From Candidatus Omnitrophota bacterium (GTDB lineage Bacteria > Omnitrophota > Gorgyraeia > Duberdicusellales > 4484-171): a stretch of 64,000 nucleotides of DNA. Every line of letters starts with the position of its first letter. Positions within the stretch are counted from its first letter, which is position 1. The notes beneath the pieces were generated by a model. It was not told the origin of the DNA. It saw nothing but the letters and a program-made list of their open reading frames with translations, and ran no database searches. The stretch covers positions 261,464-325,463 of the forward strand of contig JBAWWL010000001.1 in NCBI GenBank assembly GCA_037146775.1. Reading direction: 5' to 3'. Of the stretch, positions 29,652 through 39,671 are shown piece by piece. A program made the position numbers and the translations under genes.

Positions 29652-30506
29652 ATGATCAAGGGAATGCACATGCGGGCAAAACACTTCTTTTCCAGGTTGT
29701 CAGCTTTTTTAAAAAGAACATACGCCAAGAATATCTATTTGTATGTGAGAAAACAAAAGGTGACGACTATGCTGCTCGGGCCATTGTATAAGCGTAGCTC
29801 GGGATTCATAGAAATTCATTTGACCTATCGCTGCAATCTAAAGTGTTTTAACTGTGATGTTTCTTGCAGACAGGCTCCTAGTGATGAAGATATGAGGCTT
29901 GGGCAGGTACAAAAGTTTATCCAGGAAAGCATCGATAATAACGTGTGTTGGGAACGGATCAGGCTTATGGGGGGAGAACCAACCTTACACCCGCAACTAT
30001 ATGAAGTTCTTAATGTATTGCTTGATTATAAAAAAAAATATTCACACACTACTGAGGTGGTCATACTTACGAATGGTTTCGGTAAAACAGTCCAGGATAT
30101 TCTTAAAAATTTGCCGGAAGGCGTTGAAGTTAATAATACTGCCAAGCAGTATCCTCATCAAGATTTCAGGCGTTTTAACATGGCGCCCGTAGATTCTGTT
30201 TTGTATCAATGGGCCGACTATACCAATGGTTGTTCCGTAATTTCTGATTGTGGGATTGGGCTGACGCCTTTTGGCTATTATCCTTGTAATATTGCAGGGG
30301 GTATTGACCGGGTCTTTGGTTTCGACAAAGGCAGGAAGAAACTTCCCTTACGTCAAGATATGATGGTTGATCAATTAAAAACTTTTTGTAGGTTGTGCGG
30401 TCATTTTAGGCCGCCAAAACTTACCAACAAAGAAAAAATGTCTAGTATATGGAAAAAAGCTTATAAAAAATATAAATTTGTTCAACCAATTCTAACGCCT
30501 TATTAA
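29652..30506 (+). CDS. Radical SAM protein
   Basis: It carries CxxxCxxC (CNLKCFNC) and a glycine-rich SAM motif (LMGGEPTLHPQL). Confidence 0.65.
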   Translation: MIKGMHMRAKHFFSRLSAFLKRTYAKNIYLYVRKQKVTTMLLGPLYKRSSGFIEIHLTYRCNLKCFNCDVSCRQAPSDEDMRLGQVQKFIQESIDNNVCWERIRLMGGEPTLHPQLYEVLNVLLDYKKKYSHTTEVVILTNGFGKTVQDILKNLPEGVEVNNTAKQYPHQDFRRFNMAPVDSVLYQWADYTNGCSVISDCGIGLTPFGYYPCNIAGGIDRVFGFDKGRKKLPLRQDMMVDQLKTFCRLCGHFRPPKLTNKEKMSSIWKKAYKKYKFVQPILTPY

Positions 30507-30658
30507 AATGCAATAGTTGTTTGTGGTTTTGCAGCGCGGGATCTTAAGCCTTATGGCAGGCTGTTTTGACAGATAGGTTATCGTTGCGTTACTTTATAAC
30601 GTAATTGTGCCGAAATCTCAGGATTCAGGCTTACGCAGATCATTAAAGTATTGCTTTC

Positions 30659-31543
30659 GTGTCGCGCCCCGGCATTTACAATAAGCATTTCGGTTACATG
30701 CTAAAGATTATGAAAGATCTCATCAAAGCTTTCTCAAGTAACATGAGAAATATCTTGGCGAATATTTGGTATGAAGCGAGGAGATTGTATTATGTGGGTA
30801 TTGTATCCCGCTTGAACGATTTTTTCATACAGGCACGGTCGAGTAAAAATTATTCTCTTTCATCATGGGAAGCGCATCTGCAAGACGAAATCATTTTTTG
30901 GGAAAAATGGCTCAAAACTGCCGAAGCCGCGCGAGACAAGGAATATCTTCGGCTAAGAGACCCGCGCTCGAGCTTACAAAATATATTTTTAATGTTTCTT
31001 CCGGAAGGATTGGAAACTAAAAAAATCCTTGATGTTGGCGCTGGTCCGCTTACTCGTGTAAATAAGATATGTAATAGCGCAAAAATAGAGATATGCGCGG
31101 TTGATGCGCTTGCCGATACCTACGATATGTTATTACGGAAATATAATATTACGCCGACCGTCAGGACGCAAAAATGCGATGGCGAAAAGTTGTCAGAGAA
31201 ATTCCAGGAAAATAGTTTTGATATGGTCCATTCTTCCAACGCTATCGATCATATGTATGACCCTTTACGGTGCATCGCTGAAATGATAAGAGTGGCAAAA
31301 AAAGGAAGCCATATTATTTTGCAATTTAACGAAATGACGGCGGAGTTTAACCGGAAGGCAGGTTTACATCAATGGAATCTTTTCGTCAAAAGGCCGCGCT
31401 TATTTTCAAGAGAGAAGCATCTTTATTTGCAGGGAATGCGTCAGGAGAGCTTAGACGTGACTAACTTTTACGAACAGATTGCCGAGCAGGTATATAGCGT
31501 TCGTGATCAGCGGTTCACTATCGTGGTATTTAAGAAGATATAA
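30659..31543 (+). CDS. Class I SAM-dependent methyltransferase
   Basis: Motif I is present (ILDVGAGPLT), followed by an acidic residue (ICAVD). The start codon is uncertain: GTG at 30659 or ATG at 30698. Confidence 0.6.
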   Translation: MSRPGIYNKHFGYMLKIMKDLIKAFSSNMRNILANIWYEARRLYYVGIVSRLNDFFIQARSSKNYSLSSWEAHLQDEIIFWEKWLKTAEAARDKEYLRLRDPRSSLQNIFLMFLPEGLETKKILDVGAGPLTRVNKICNSAKIEICAVDALADTYDMLLRKYNITPTVRTQKCDGEKLSEKFQENSFDMVHSSNAIDHMYDPLRCIAEMIRVAKKGSHIILQFNEMTAEFNRKAGLHQWNLFVKRPRLFSREKHLYLQGMRQESLDVTNFYEQIAEQVYSVRDQRFTIVVFKKI

Positions 31544-31732
31544 TATCTTTATACGGTGGTGTTTTGAAGCGAAGTAATGGGGCGCTTTTTATCTCGCAAA
31601 ATTTTTTTGATTCATCGGAAACGTTTCTTAACATAAAAATAACTTGCATAGTACTTGAAAATGTTTTAAGATTCTATGTACTATCGAGAATAAGGTATCT
31701 ATCAGGGGATCGTGAATAATTTATAAAAATAT

Positions 31733-32707
31733 ATGCTTCTTGTCGCATTAACTTTATTAATGGGTTTTGGGGTGGGATGGTCCATCGGAGCCAACGATGC
31801 CGCTAATTCTTTAGGGACTGCAGTCGGCTCGCGGGTGGTAACGTTAAAGCGAGCTATCGTCTTGATCGCAGTTTTTGGTTTTCTCGGCGCCTATTTACAG
31901 GGAGGATATGTCACAAAAACAATCGGTAAAGGCATCATCCCGCTCGATACGCTAGGAAGAACCACCGCTTTATACGTAGCCCTGGTGGCTAGCTTTGCGG
32001 CTTGTGCCTGGGTAGTTCTGGCAACATACTGGAAGATGCCTATTTCTACCAGCCATTCTATAGTTGGCGCGGTTGCCGGTTGTGGTCTTGCCATACAGAC
32101 TTCTATAAAGTGGAAGATACTCGTTGACATATTTATTTGCTGGATTTTTACTCCTATCGGTGCCGCAATCTTAGGATATATATTTCTGCAAATTTTTAAA
32201 AATACTTTTTATCGTATTTTTCCCCGCCGCTATATCAATAAGATTCTAGCTGCGTTGATTATAGTCAGTGGTTGCTATGTAGCATATACGTGGGGTGCGA
32301 ATGATGTGGCTAACGCGGTGGGTGTTATTGCCGGCGCAAATATCATGCCGGTTAAGTTTTGTTTATTATTCGGAGGATTGGCCATTCTGATTGGCATCGT
32401 AACCTGGGGCTATAAAGTTATTGAGACGATCGGGTCGCAGATAACTCGGCTTCTGCCCATCATGGCCTTTTCCGCACAGTTGGCCAGCGCTATCAACGTC
32501 CATATTTATACAATTTTTGGCATCCCCGTTTCCACTAGCCACTCCATAGTGGGCGCGATATTCGGTGTAGGCTTGGTGAGGGGAATGCGGGTCATTAATA
32601 TGCGTGTGATGCGTGAAATTATTATTTGTTGGCTAGCAACACCTTTTATTTCAGGGCTCATCAGTTTTTTAATATTAAAAGCTATAATGATTTTTGTAAA
32701 GATGTAA
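31733..32707 (+). CDS. pit: Inorganic phosphate transporter, PiT family
   Basis: The PHO4 signature GANDAANS is present at the N-terminus and duplicated as GANDVANAVG in the second half. Confidence 0.85.
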   Translation: MLLVALTLLMGFGVGWSIGANDAANSLGTAVGSRVVTLKRAIVLIAVFGFLGAYLQGGYVTKTIGKGIIPLDTLGRTTALYVALVASFAACAWVVLATYWKMPISTSHSIVGAVAGCGLAIQTSIKWKILVDIFICWIFTPIGAAILGYIFLQIFKNTFYRIFPRRYINKILAALIIVSGCYVAYTWGANDVANAVGVIAGANIMPVKFCLLFGGLAILIGIVTWGYKVIETIGSQITRLLPIMAFSAQLASAINVHIYTIFGIPVSTSHSIVGAIFGVGLVRGMRVINMRVMREIIICWLATPFISGLISFLILKAIMIFVKM

Positions 32708-32719
32708 GGAGGAGGAGCA

Positions 32720-33388
32720 ATGAGAGAAATAAGAAATATTTTAGGCTGGTTAGGAAGGGAGGAAGAACAGTCAATTTTACAAGGTGCCCAGAAACACGTT
32801 GAGGAGACATACAAAACCGTTACGTATTTCGCTGAAGCGATTAGGGCGTTTATTCAGGGCGATTTAACTACCGAGGTGACAGCGCTAGAAAATGTCAAGA
32901 AAAGCGAGCACGAGGCAGACGTGTTACGCTCCCAAATGGTTAAGGAGCTTTCTGAGGGTGTGTTTCTTCCGCCGGACCGGGCAGAGTTGCTTCACTTTGT
33001 TAAAACTCTGGACAAAATTGCCGACTGGACAAACGGTGCAGGCAGAATTCTCGGATTTATTGAACAAAGGTTGCCGGAAAACATTTTAAAAAATATCGCC
33101 GTCGGTACTGAAATTATCGTTAAATCAATCACGACGCTTAAAGAGGCGATTCATGCGCTTACGGCTAACAATTTAAAACAAGCACTTATCAACTGCGAAC
33201 AAGTGGATCGCTTGGAGCATGAGGCGGATGAACAGAAGCGGGTATTAATTGAGTCGATTATCCATGCAAAGCTTGAGCCTACGAGTTTGCTTTTGTCTTT
33301 TCAGCTGGCAGAATATTTGGAAGGAATAACCGACAAAATGGAAGATGCCTCCGATTTTATCAAAGAAGTGGCGATTGCTTCGCGTTAG
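32720..33388 (+). CDS. DUF47/PhoU-like phosphate transport regulator (Pit accessory protein)
   Basis: It is 222 aa, all-helical and PhoU-like, and lies directly downstream of pit, which is the conserved gene pair. Confidence 0.7.
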   Translation: MREIRNILGWLGREEEQSILQGAQKHVEETYKTVTYFAEAIRAFIQGDLTTEVTALENVKKSEHEADVLRSQMVKELSEGVFLPPDRAELLHFVKTLDKIADWTNGAGRILGFIEQRLPENILKNIAVGTEIIVKSITTLKEAIHALTANNLKQALINCEQVDRLEHEADEQKRVLIESIIHAKLEPTSLLLSFQLAEYLEGITDKMEDASDFIKEVAIASR

Positions 33389-33629
33389 CCACCGGCCTTC
33401 CTCTGGCCGCTGTTTTACATGGTGCTTTCCGCCTTTGATAGGTCATTCTGCTCGATTTGTTTGATAACCCGGGAAGCCGACTTTTCTCTGCATGTTCTCA
33501 AAAAAAACTTACCAAGCAACATCTTCCTGCTATAATATTTCTCAGATACTTTATGCCCCCGGCCTCTCATAAAAAAAGACATTAAAGACCGTCTTTTTAT
33601 TGCGCGAGAACGGGTGCACAGCCAAACCG

Positions 33630-34538
33630 ATGAATAGTTTGTTGGATAAAACAAAAAAATATATTATCGCGTATGCCCACGGAGGAATTTCTAACAGAAT
33701 CAAGTGTGTTGTTTCCGCATTGCGGTGGGCGAATGCGCTAAAAAGAGAAGTGGCGTTATATTGGCCGAAAGATTATACCTGCAATTGCGCATTCCAAGAT
33801 TTATTCGAGAATAAAATTACAGAAATTGGTAGCGACGTATACGAAAATTTTGAAAAACATCGATTCTTCTCTTTTTTTCATAATAAATATACGTTGATGG
33901 ATACCTGGAGGCTGCTTGTTTTTGGAAAAGAATTACGGCGCGGTTTCGGCAATGTGTATCCTAAGGCGCTTGGTGAGTCCGGTGGCGGCAGTATCGATTT
34001 AGAATATGAACGGGTTCCCGAAGCTATCCGGGAAAAATTTTTAATCTATTTCAATAATTTTGTTCCCGTAACATACGTTCGTGACCAAGTAAATATTTTT
34101 TCTCAAAGGTTTAATAAAAGTACAGTTTCGGTTGCGATCAGAACTTGGGTTGACTCCGGATGGAGGAGTAAACTTTTCGACATTAATGAATTTTATCGTA
34201 TCATGGATACTTTTCCTGACGCCAATTTTTTTGTTACCAGCGATTCTTCCGAAATTGTCCGTATTTTAGCGGAGAAATATAACGATAGAATTATTTATTA
34301 TCCGAAAAGGACAGCTAACGGCGATCGGTCGTCCGTTGAGGGAGTTCAGGACACATTGATAGATTTACTGCTTGCTTCAAAGAATAAATTTTTAGTAGGT
34401 TCTCACTTAAGCACTTTTTCTGAAGTAGCTTGGTGGTTTGGTGAATGCCAGGCAAAAGTTTCCATAGCATCTAGACAAAAATACCGAAAAATTTTCCCTT
34501 ACCGGTTTTATATTCCTGTTTTGTCTTTTAGGTTGTAA
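33630..34538 (+). CDS. Hypothetical protein, possible GT11-like (alpha-1,2-fucosyltransferase-like) glycosyltransferase
   Basis: A C-terminal LSTFSEVAWWFG block resembles the GT11 STFSWWAA motif. The N-terminal AHGGISNRIKCV resembles GGLGNQMFQ. The match is weak. Confidence 0.35.
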   Translation: MNSLLDKTKKYIIAYAHGGISNRIKCVVSALRWANALKREVALYWPKDYTCNCAFQDLFENKITEIGSDVYENFEKHRFFSFFHNKYTLMDTWRLLVFGKELRRGFGNVYPKALGESGGGSIDLEYERVPEAIREKFLIYFNNFVPVTYVRDQVNIFSQRFNKSTVSVAIRTWVDSGWRSKLFDINEFYRIMDTFPDANFFVTSDSSEIVRILAEKYNDRIIYYPKRTANGDRSSVEGVQDTLIDLLLASKNKFLVGSHLSTFSEVAWWFGECQAKVSIASRQKYRKIFPYRFYIPVLSFRL

Positions 34539-34702
34539 ATTCATGTTTTTTGGATATACTTATAATGATTTATCTCGGTTTTAGTTATTATTTAGCTTTA
34601 GCGGAAAAATAGTCTTGACGTGTGTGTGGTTAGGGGCAGTAAATAAGTGAAATTGACCAAAGCTTTTCCAGAGATAGTTATTCCAAGACCGGAGTATATT
34701 GA

Positions 34703-36112
34703 TTGACAATAACTATTAAATTTTGCGGCGGTGCTCGTACGGTAACCGGATCTATGCATCTTTTGTCGGTAGACCGTTCGCACGTATTATTGGATTGCGG
34801 GCTTTTTCATGGCCGCCGCGATGAGTTCTATTCGGTAAATTCTAACTTTTCTTTTAACCCTCAAAACTTATGTGCGTGTATACTTTCTCATGCCCACATA
34901 GATCATTGCGGTAATTTACCTACCCTCATCAAGAAAGGATATCGGCAACACGCTTTCGCTACCCCTCCTACTAAGGAATTATGCGGATATATGCTTCCGG
35001 ATAGCGGGCATGTTCAGGAAGAAGACGTTAAATTCGTAAATAAGATTAATAAAGGAAGAAGTATGCCACCCAGATACCCTTTATATACCAAAAAAGATGC
35101 TGATGCCTCTTTGAAATATATCAGGTCGTTGGAATATCATACGCGTTTTACGCTTTCTAAGGACATCGATATGGTTTTTTATAATTCCGGTCATATTCTC
35201 GGTTCTTCTTTGCCGGTTTTTGATATCAAAACTGGCGAAGCCAGGCCAACGCGTATCGCTTATGCGGTAGATTTGGGGCGGTACGGTATGCCGCTTTTAA
35301 GAGATCCGGAAACCCCATCAGACATTGATTATCTTATTATTGAAAGTACTTACGGAGGCAGATCGCATTCAAGCATGCAATCAGCCGCTGAAGAATTAGC
35401 TAATACTATCAATCGGACAGTTAAGCGCGGCGGCAAGATTATTATTCCATCATTTGCGTTGGAACGAACTCAGTTGATGGTATTTTTTGTCAGCGAACTG
35501 ATCAGGAAAAGGAAGATAAAAAAAATACCTATTTATGTTGATAGCCCCTTAGCGGTCAATCTCACTGAAGTGTTTAGAAAAAACTGGGAATATTTTGACG
35601 ATGTTACTAAAAGAGCTTTTTTACAAAAGAAAGACCCCTTAGGTTGTGATAATATTAACTATGTCACCAATGTAGAAGAATCAAAACGGCTAAATGAACA
35701 GAAAAACCCCATGATAATTATCTCGGCTTCCGGAATGTGCGAAAACGGCCGTATTCTTCACCATCTGAAAAACAATATCGAAAATCCGTACAACACGATT
35801 GTGGTGGTTGGTTTTATGGCAAAAGAGACTTTGGGTAGGCGTATTGTAGAAAAAGAGAAATTGGTGAGAATATTCGGGCAGCCCTACCGCTTAAATGCTG
35901 AAGTGGTTGTTCTGAACGCATTTAGCTCACATGCCGACGAGAGTGGGCTTGTTGATTATGTTAAAAGTCTCAGGGGTAGCTTGAAAAAGGTTTTTATTGT
36001 TCATGGAGACCTCGATCAGTCGGAAGTTTTACGCGCGAATCTTAAAAAGTTGGATATTAAAGTGCATATCCCAGCAAAAGATGAGGAAGTATTTTTAGCG
36101 CGTCAAAGATAA
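34703..36112 (+). CDS. MBL-fold metallo-hydrolase with beta-CASP domain (RNA-metabolising, RNase J/CPSF-like)
   Basis: It carries HAHIDHCG (HxHxDH), a downstream beta-CASP region, and the C-terminal motif C His (HGD). The start is TTG. Confidence 0.7.
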   Translation: MTITIKFCGGARTVTGSMHLLSVDRSHVLLDCGLFHGRRDEFYSVNSNFSFNPQNLCACILSHAHIDHCGNLPTLIKKGYRQHAFATPPTKELCGYMLPDSGHVQEEDVKFVNKINKGRSMPPRYPLYTKKDADASLKYIRSLEYHTRFTLSKDIDMVFYNSGHILGSSLPVFDIKTGEARPTRIAYAVDLGRYGMPLLRDPETPSDIDYLIIESTYGGRSHSSMQSAAEELANTINRTVKRGGKIIIPSFALERTQLMVFFVSELIRKRKIKKIPIYVDSPLAVNLTEVFRKNWEYFDDVTKRAFLQKKDPLGCDNINYVTNVEESKRLNEQKNPMIIISASGMCENGRILHHLKNNIENPYNTIVVVGFMAKETLGRRIVEKEKLVRIFGQPYRLNAEVVVLNAFSSHADESGLVDYVKSLRGSLKKVFIVHGDLDQSEVLRANLKKLDIKVHIPAKDEEVFLARQR

Positions 36113-36198
36113 TGTGTGGTGCGTACAATGGGCGATAAGTTTTTGTTAGCATTCATAACGGATATTTTCCCGTCTTATAGTTTTTGAAGGAGGGTGGC

Positions 36199-36699
36199 AT
36201 GGTGAAGATTGAGCAAGAGAGAAGAAAATATTCCCGGTATGATACAGAGATGAAAATTTATTATCAAGTTACTTATGATATCAGGACTAAGGTTAAATTT
36301 CAGGTGCTGGATTCCGAAAACCACAAAATCTCTTTGCGGAAATACAGTGGTTTGAGTAAAAATATCAGCGCCGAAGGATTATGTTTTGTTACCAAGAAGA
36401 AACTGAACAAAGGGGACATGGTTTTGCTGGAAGTGTATGTACCTAACGTCCGTAAGCCCGTGCAGATGGAAGGCCGGGTGCAGTGGACCAAAAAAATACC
36501 TAGAGAGCCGAGACACAAAGGCATGTATCATACGGGAGTAAAACTCGTATTGATAGATGGTAAGCCGGTGAATCAATCGATTCATTTTGATAAAAAATAT
36601 AACATTTTTTGGGACACAGTGCTTGACGCGGTGTTTGGGAGTTTCAGGAAGATGGTTCGTAAAATTAAGAAGAATAAAAAAGATAAGAATAAAAAGTAA
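36199..36699 (+). CDS. PilZ domain protein (putative c-di-GMP receptor)
   Basis: It carries RRKYSR (RxxxR) and NISAEG ((D/N)xSxxG). An AGGAGGG Shine-Dalgarno precedes the ATG. Confidence 0.65.
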   Translation: MVKIEQERRKYSRYDTEMKIYYQVTYDIRTKVKFQVLDSENHKISLRKYSGLSKNISAEGLCFVTKKKLNKGDMVLLEVYVPNVRKPVQMEGRVQWTKKIPREPRHKGMYHTGVKLVLIDGKPVNQSIHFDKKYNIFWDTVLDAVFGSFRKMVRKIKKNKKDKNKK

Positions 36700-36811
36700 G
36701 ATTATTCTTTAAAGCATTAATTTCTATCCTCGTTTAGCGATGTGCGATTAGCTATTAGCAACAATAATTATATTTTTTTCAAGTTAAGATGTTTAGTAAA
36801 AAGGAGATTTT

Positions 36812-37546
36812 GTGAAAGTATTCAAAGGGCTAGCTATATTTTTTGTGTGTTTTTCTACTGCCATTGTTTCGTTGAAGGTATCGGCTCAGAGCGATAGCAA
36901 GAAAAGTCCGCCCAGCGACCAGTTGTTAGAGAAATCAAAGTTTTGCGTGATTGGTAAGAAAATTAACGAGTTTCCTTTTTATGTGTATAAAGACGGCAAT
37001 GCCCCCGAAAATCATTTTACCGCAAGCGGATTAATGGGAGATTTCAGCGACTTAACTATTGATTTGTATAATAAAGAGAATCCTTATTCGGGTACTAGTT
37101 GTATAAAAATAATTTATAAGACAGGAATTTCCCGCGGCAGCGGTTGGACAGGATTATATTTTCAGGAACCAGCAAATAACTGGGGAGATGTACCTGCTGG
37201 TTACGATTTGAGAAAAGCTACTAAACTCATCTTTTGGGCTAAGGGGCAAGTCGGTGGTGAGACGATTAACGTTTTTCAGGTTGGAGGTATTAGCGGTAAA
37301 TATGGCGATACCGGCGCTAAGTCTTTAGGTCCGGTTACATTAACTCAGGAATGGAAACAGTATATTATAGATTTACATTATATTGACGGTTCAATAATTT
37401 TTACTAAAGAAAAGTGGGAATGTTGGCCCTTTATGGAACCGTTAAGCCGTATTATCGGAGGTTTTTGCTGGGCAGCCAGTATAGCTGGGAATTCTGGGCA
37501 TGGGATCACCTTTTATCTTGATGAGATACGTTTTGAGGTCGATTAA
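36812..37546 (+). CDS. Secreted hypothetical protein
   Basis: It has a signal peptide (MKVFKGLAIFFVCFSTAIVSLKVSA) and an AAGGAG Shine-Dalgarno before the GTG start. Confidence 0.5.
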   Translation: MKVFKGLAIFFVCFSTAIVSLKVSAQSDSKKSPPSDQLLEKSKFCVIGKKINEFPFYVYKDGNAPENHFTASGLMGDFSDLTIDLYNKENPYSGTSCIKIIYKTGISRGSGWTGLYFQEPANNWGDVPAGYDLRKATKLIFWAKGQVGGETINVFQVGGISGKYGDTGAKSLGPVTLTQEWKQYIIDLHYIDGSIIFTKEKWECWPFMEPLSRIIGGFCWAASIAGNSGHGITFYLDEIRFEVD

Positions 37547-37587
37547 TCCATTATTCTATGGGGAGTTATATTGCCTTCAGCATTTAA

Positions 37588-37743
37588 ATGGTAGAAAATA
37601 AAGATGAATTATTGGATAGTCAGGAATGCACGCGTTGCGGCTCGGTGGTGTATCTTGGCCATGACATTGAGTGGATTGATAAGGAAAAGAAAATTGCTAA
37701 ATGTCCGCAATGCGGTGAAAAGATAAAAGCAGAAAAGCGGTAA
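37588..37743 (+). CDS. Small zinc-ribbon protein (51 aa), not in the supplied ORF track
   Basis: The translation is MVENKDELLDSQECTRCGSVVYLGHDIEWIDKEKKIAKCPQCGEKIKAEKR, with a CxxC-N23-CxxC arrangement. It fills the gap between flanking genes. Confidence 0.35.
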   Translation: MVENKDELLDSQECTRCGSVVYLGHDIEWIDKEKKIAKCPQCGEKIKAEKR

Positions 37744-37843
37744 AGCGCCAACCCCAGAGCAGCGTAGTTGCCGGTCGGTCGGAGCGGATATATTCGGCTT
37801 CTATTGACAAGTATTCTAAGGTAATATTACAATAAAGCTTAAA

Positions 37844-38608
37844 ATGAGAATTGATATGTGGCTTATGAATAAAAAGCAATTATTGTTTGTATGTATTCTT
37901 GGTATTGCTGTCATAAGGCTTGACGCAGCCGGTTCTGCCGTTATTAGCGATGCTAGTACCATGCCGAAAAATTTCGTATTTGAAAAAATAAAGTATAAAA
38001 TAAGCCAGCATATTAATTTCGGCAAGAATATTACTATTCAGCATGACTTGGATGGAGATGGGATGGTAGAAACCATTGTGGGATTACAGGCGGTTGCAGA
38101 TCAGGAAGGCGTGCAAGAGCAATTTCCACGTTCATTTCTTATTATGGGTAGCGATACAGGCGATAGATTGGCGTTACATTATATTATTCCCGGAAACGAT
38201 TACTTCGAGAAGCTTGAGTTAAAAGATATGGACGGCGACGGTTTATCGGAAATTGTCTTTTGGCAAACAGGCGGGGATCATTATACCAGCCTTGATATAT
38301 ATAAATATCACAAAGGTAACATAAAGCGGATATTTCATGACGGTAGTTCTTGCTCGGTACGGATTGAGGGGTATAACTATCCATACAAGATAAAGGTGGG
38401 CAGAGAAAAATGGGATGAGCAGGAATGGTGCCATGCTCAGGGCACGGAAAGATATGAAGCGTATATTTGGAACGGAAAAAAGTTTGTTTATCGCGAGAGG
38501 CTAAGTACCTCTAAATTAGTTGGTGAAGAAGCAGCAGCTAGTCGATATGCCAAAGAAATGTCAGAGAGGGTTAATGAGCCAAAAGGTTTTATTGTAGTAG
38601 GGCAATAA
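37844..38608 (+). CDS. Secreted hypothetical protein with FG-GAP/Ca-binding-like DxDGDG motifs
   Basis: It has a signal peptide and carries DLDGDGMVE and DMDGDGLSEIVFW. Confidence 0.5.
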   Translation: MRIDMWLMNKKQLLFVCILGIAVIRLDAAGSAVISDASTMPKNFVFEKIKYKISQHINFGKNITIQHDLDGDGMVETIVGLQAVADQEGVQEQFPRSFLIMGSDTGDRLALHYIIPGNDYFEKLELKDMDGDGLSEIVFWQTGGDHYTSLDIYKYHKGNIKRIFHDGSSCSVRIEGYNYPYKIKVGREKWDEQEWCHAQGTERYEAYIWNGKKFVYRERLSTSKLVGEEAAASRYAKEMSERVNEPKGFIVVGQ

Positions 38609-38618
38609 AAGAATTTTT

Positions 38619-39632
38619 ATGCCAAAAGCAAAAATAATCGCTACGTTAGGGCCAGCCTCAGAAAAGGCAAGTATTTTATTGGCAATGATACGTGCCGGCA
38701 TGGACGTGGTGCGCTTAAATTTCTCTCATGGCAGCTTTAAAGAACACTTAGCGAGATTAAAGCTAGTACGTAAGCTTAACCAACAATGTCGCAAATCGAT
38801 AGGAATACTGGCAGATTTCGAGGGCTATCGTATACGAGTTGGCCGTCTTAAAGCCGGCCGGCCCATCACAGTTAAAAAACATCAGGTTCTTTGGCTTGTT
38901 GCTGATGATGTTTTAGGAGAAGGCGATTCCGTACCGTTTGATTATTGCGGGCCGTTACATATGATTAAAAAAGGTCAGCATGTTTATATCGATGATGGCA
39001 ATATCGCGCTTATGGTTATTGCGGGAGAAAAAAAACGTTTAAAAACGAAAGTTATTATTCCGGGTTTGATCAAGGAACATAAAGGAATCAATATACCGGA
39101 TTTCCGGATTCCTTTCGTAGGCCTGACAGAAAAGGACCGGGCTGCGATCCATTTTTGTGTAGAGAACAGAGTTGAGTATATTGCCCAATCATTCGTGAGA
39201 AACCAAGATGATATTATTGCTTTGCAAAAAGAGCTTTCCCTCAACCGTTATAAATGCAGGGTTATTGCCAAAATTGAGAATCGTGAAGGTATACATAATA
39301 TTGATGAAATTATCAAGGTATGTGACGGAATCATGATCGCCCGGGGCGACATGGGCATATCACTTCCGATATATCAAGTTCCTTTAATCCAGAAGGATAT
39401 TATCAAGAAATGTAACCGCGCCAAAAAATTTGTCATTACTGCTACACAGATGCTCGAGAGCATGACTGAACACTACATTCCTACCAGGGCGGAGGTTTCC
39501 GATGTTGCCAACGCGATACTTGATGGCTCCGACTATCTTATGTTGTCGGCAGAAACAGCGGTGGGTAAGTATCCGGTAGCTTGCGTTGACATGATGAATA
39601 AAATAATTATTTTTACCCAGAAGCACAGTTAG
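38619..39632 (+). CDS. Pyruvate kinase, A+B domains only (C-terminal regulatory domain absent)
   Basis: The N-terminus is a canonical pyruvate kinase (IIATLGPAS...VVRLNFSHGS) and MIARGDMGIS is present. It is only 337 aa against about 470 aa typical, and it stops right after the A-domain. Confidence 0.7.
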   Translation: MPKAKIIATLGPASEKASILLAMIRAGMDVVRLNFSHGSFKEHLARLKLVRKLNQQCRKSIGILADFEGYRIRVGRLKAGRPITVKKHQVLWLVADDVLGEGDSVPFDYCGPLHMIKKGQHVYIDDGNIALMVIAGEKKRLKTKVIIPGLIKEHKGINIPDFRIPFVGLTEKDRAAIHFCVENRVEYIAQSFVRNQDDIIALQKELSLNRYKCRVIAKIENREGIHNIDEIIKVCDGIMIARGDMGISLPIYQVPLIQKDIIKKCNRAKKFVITATQMLESMTEHYIPTRAEVSDVANAILDGSDYLMLSAETAVGKYPVACVDMMNKIIIFTQKHS

Positions 39633-39671
39633 TCTAATAGTTTGAAGGCCTGTTTCTGCCCCGTAAAAACC

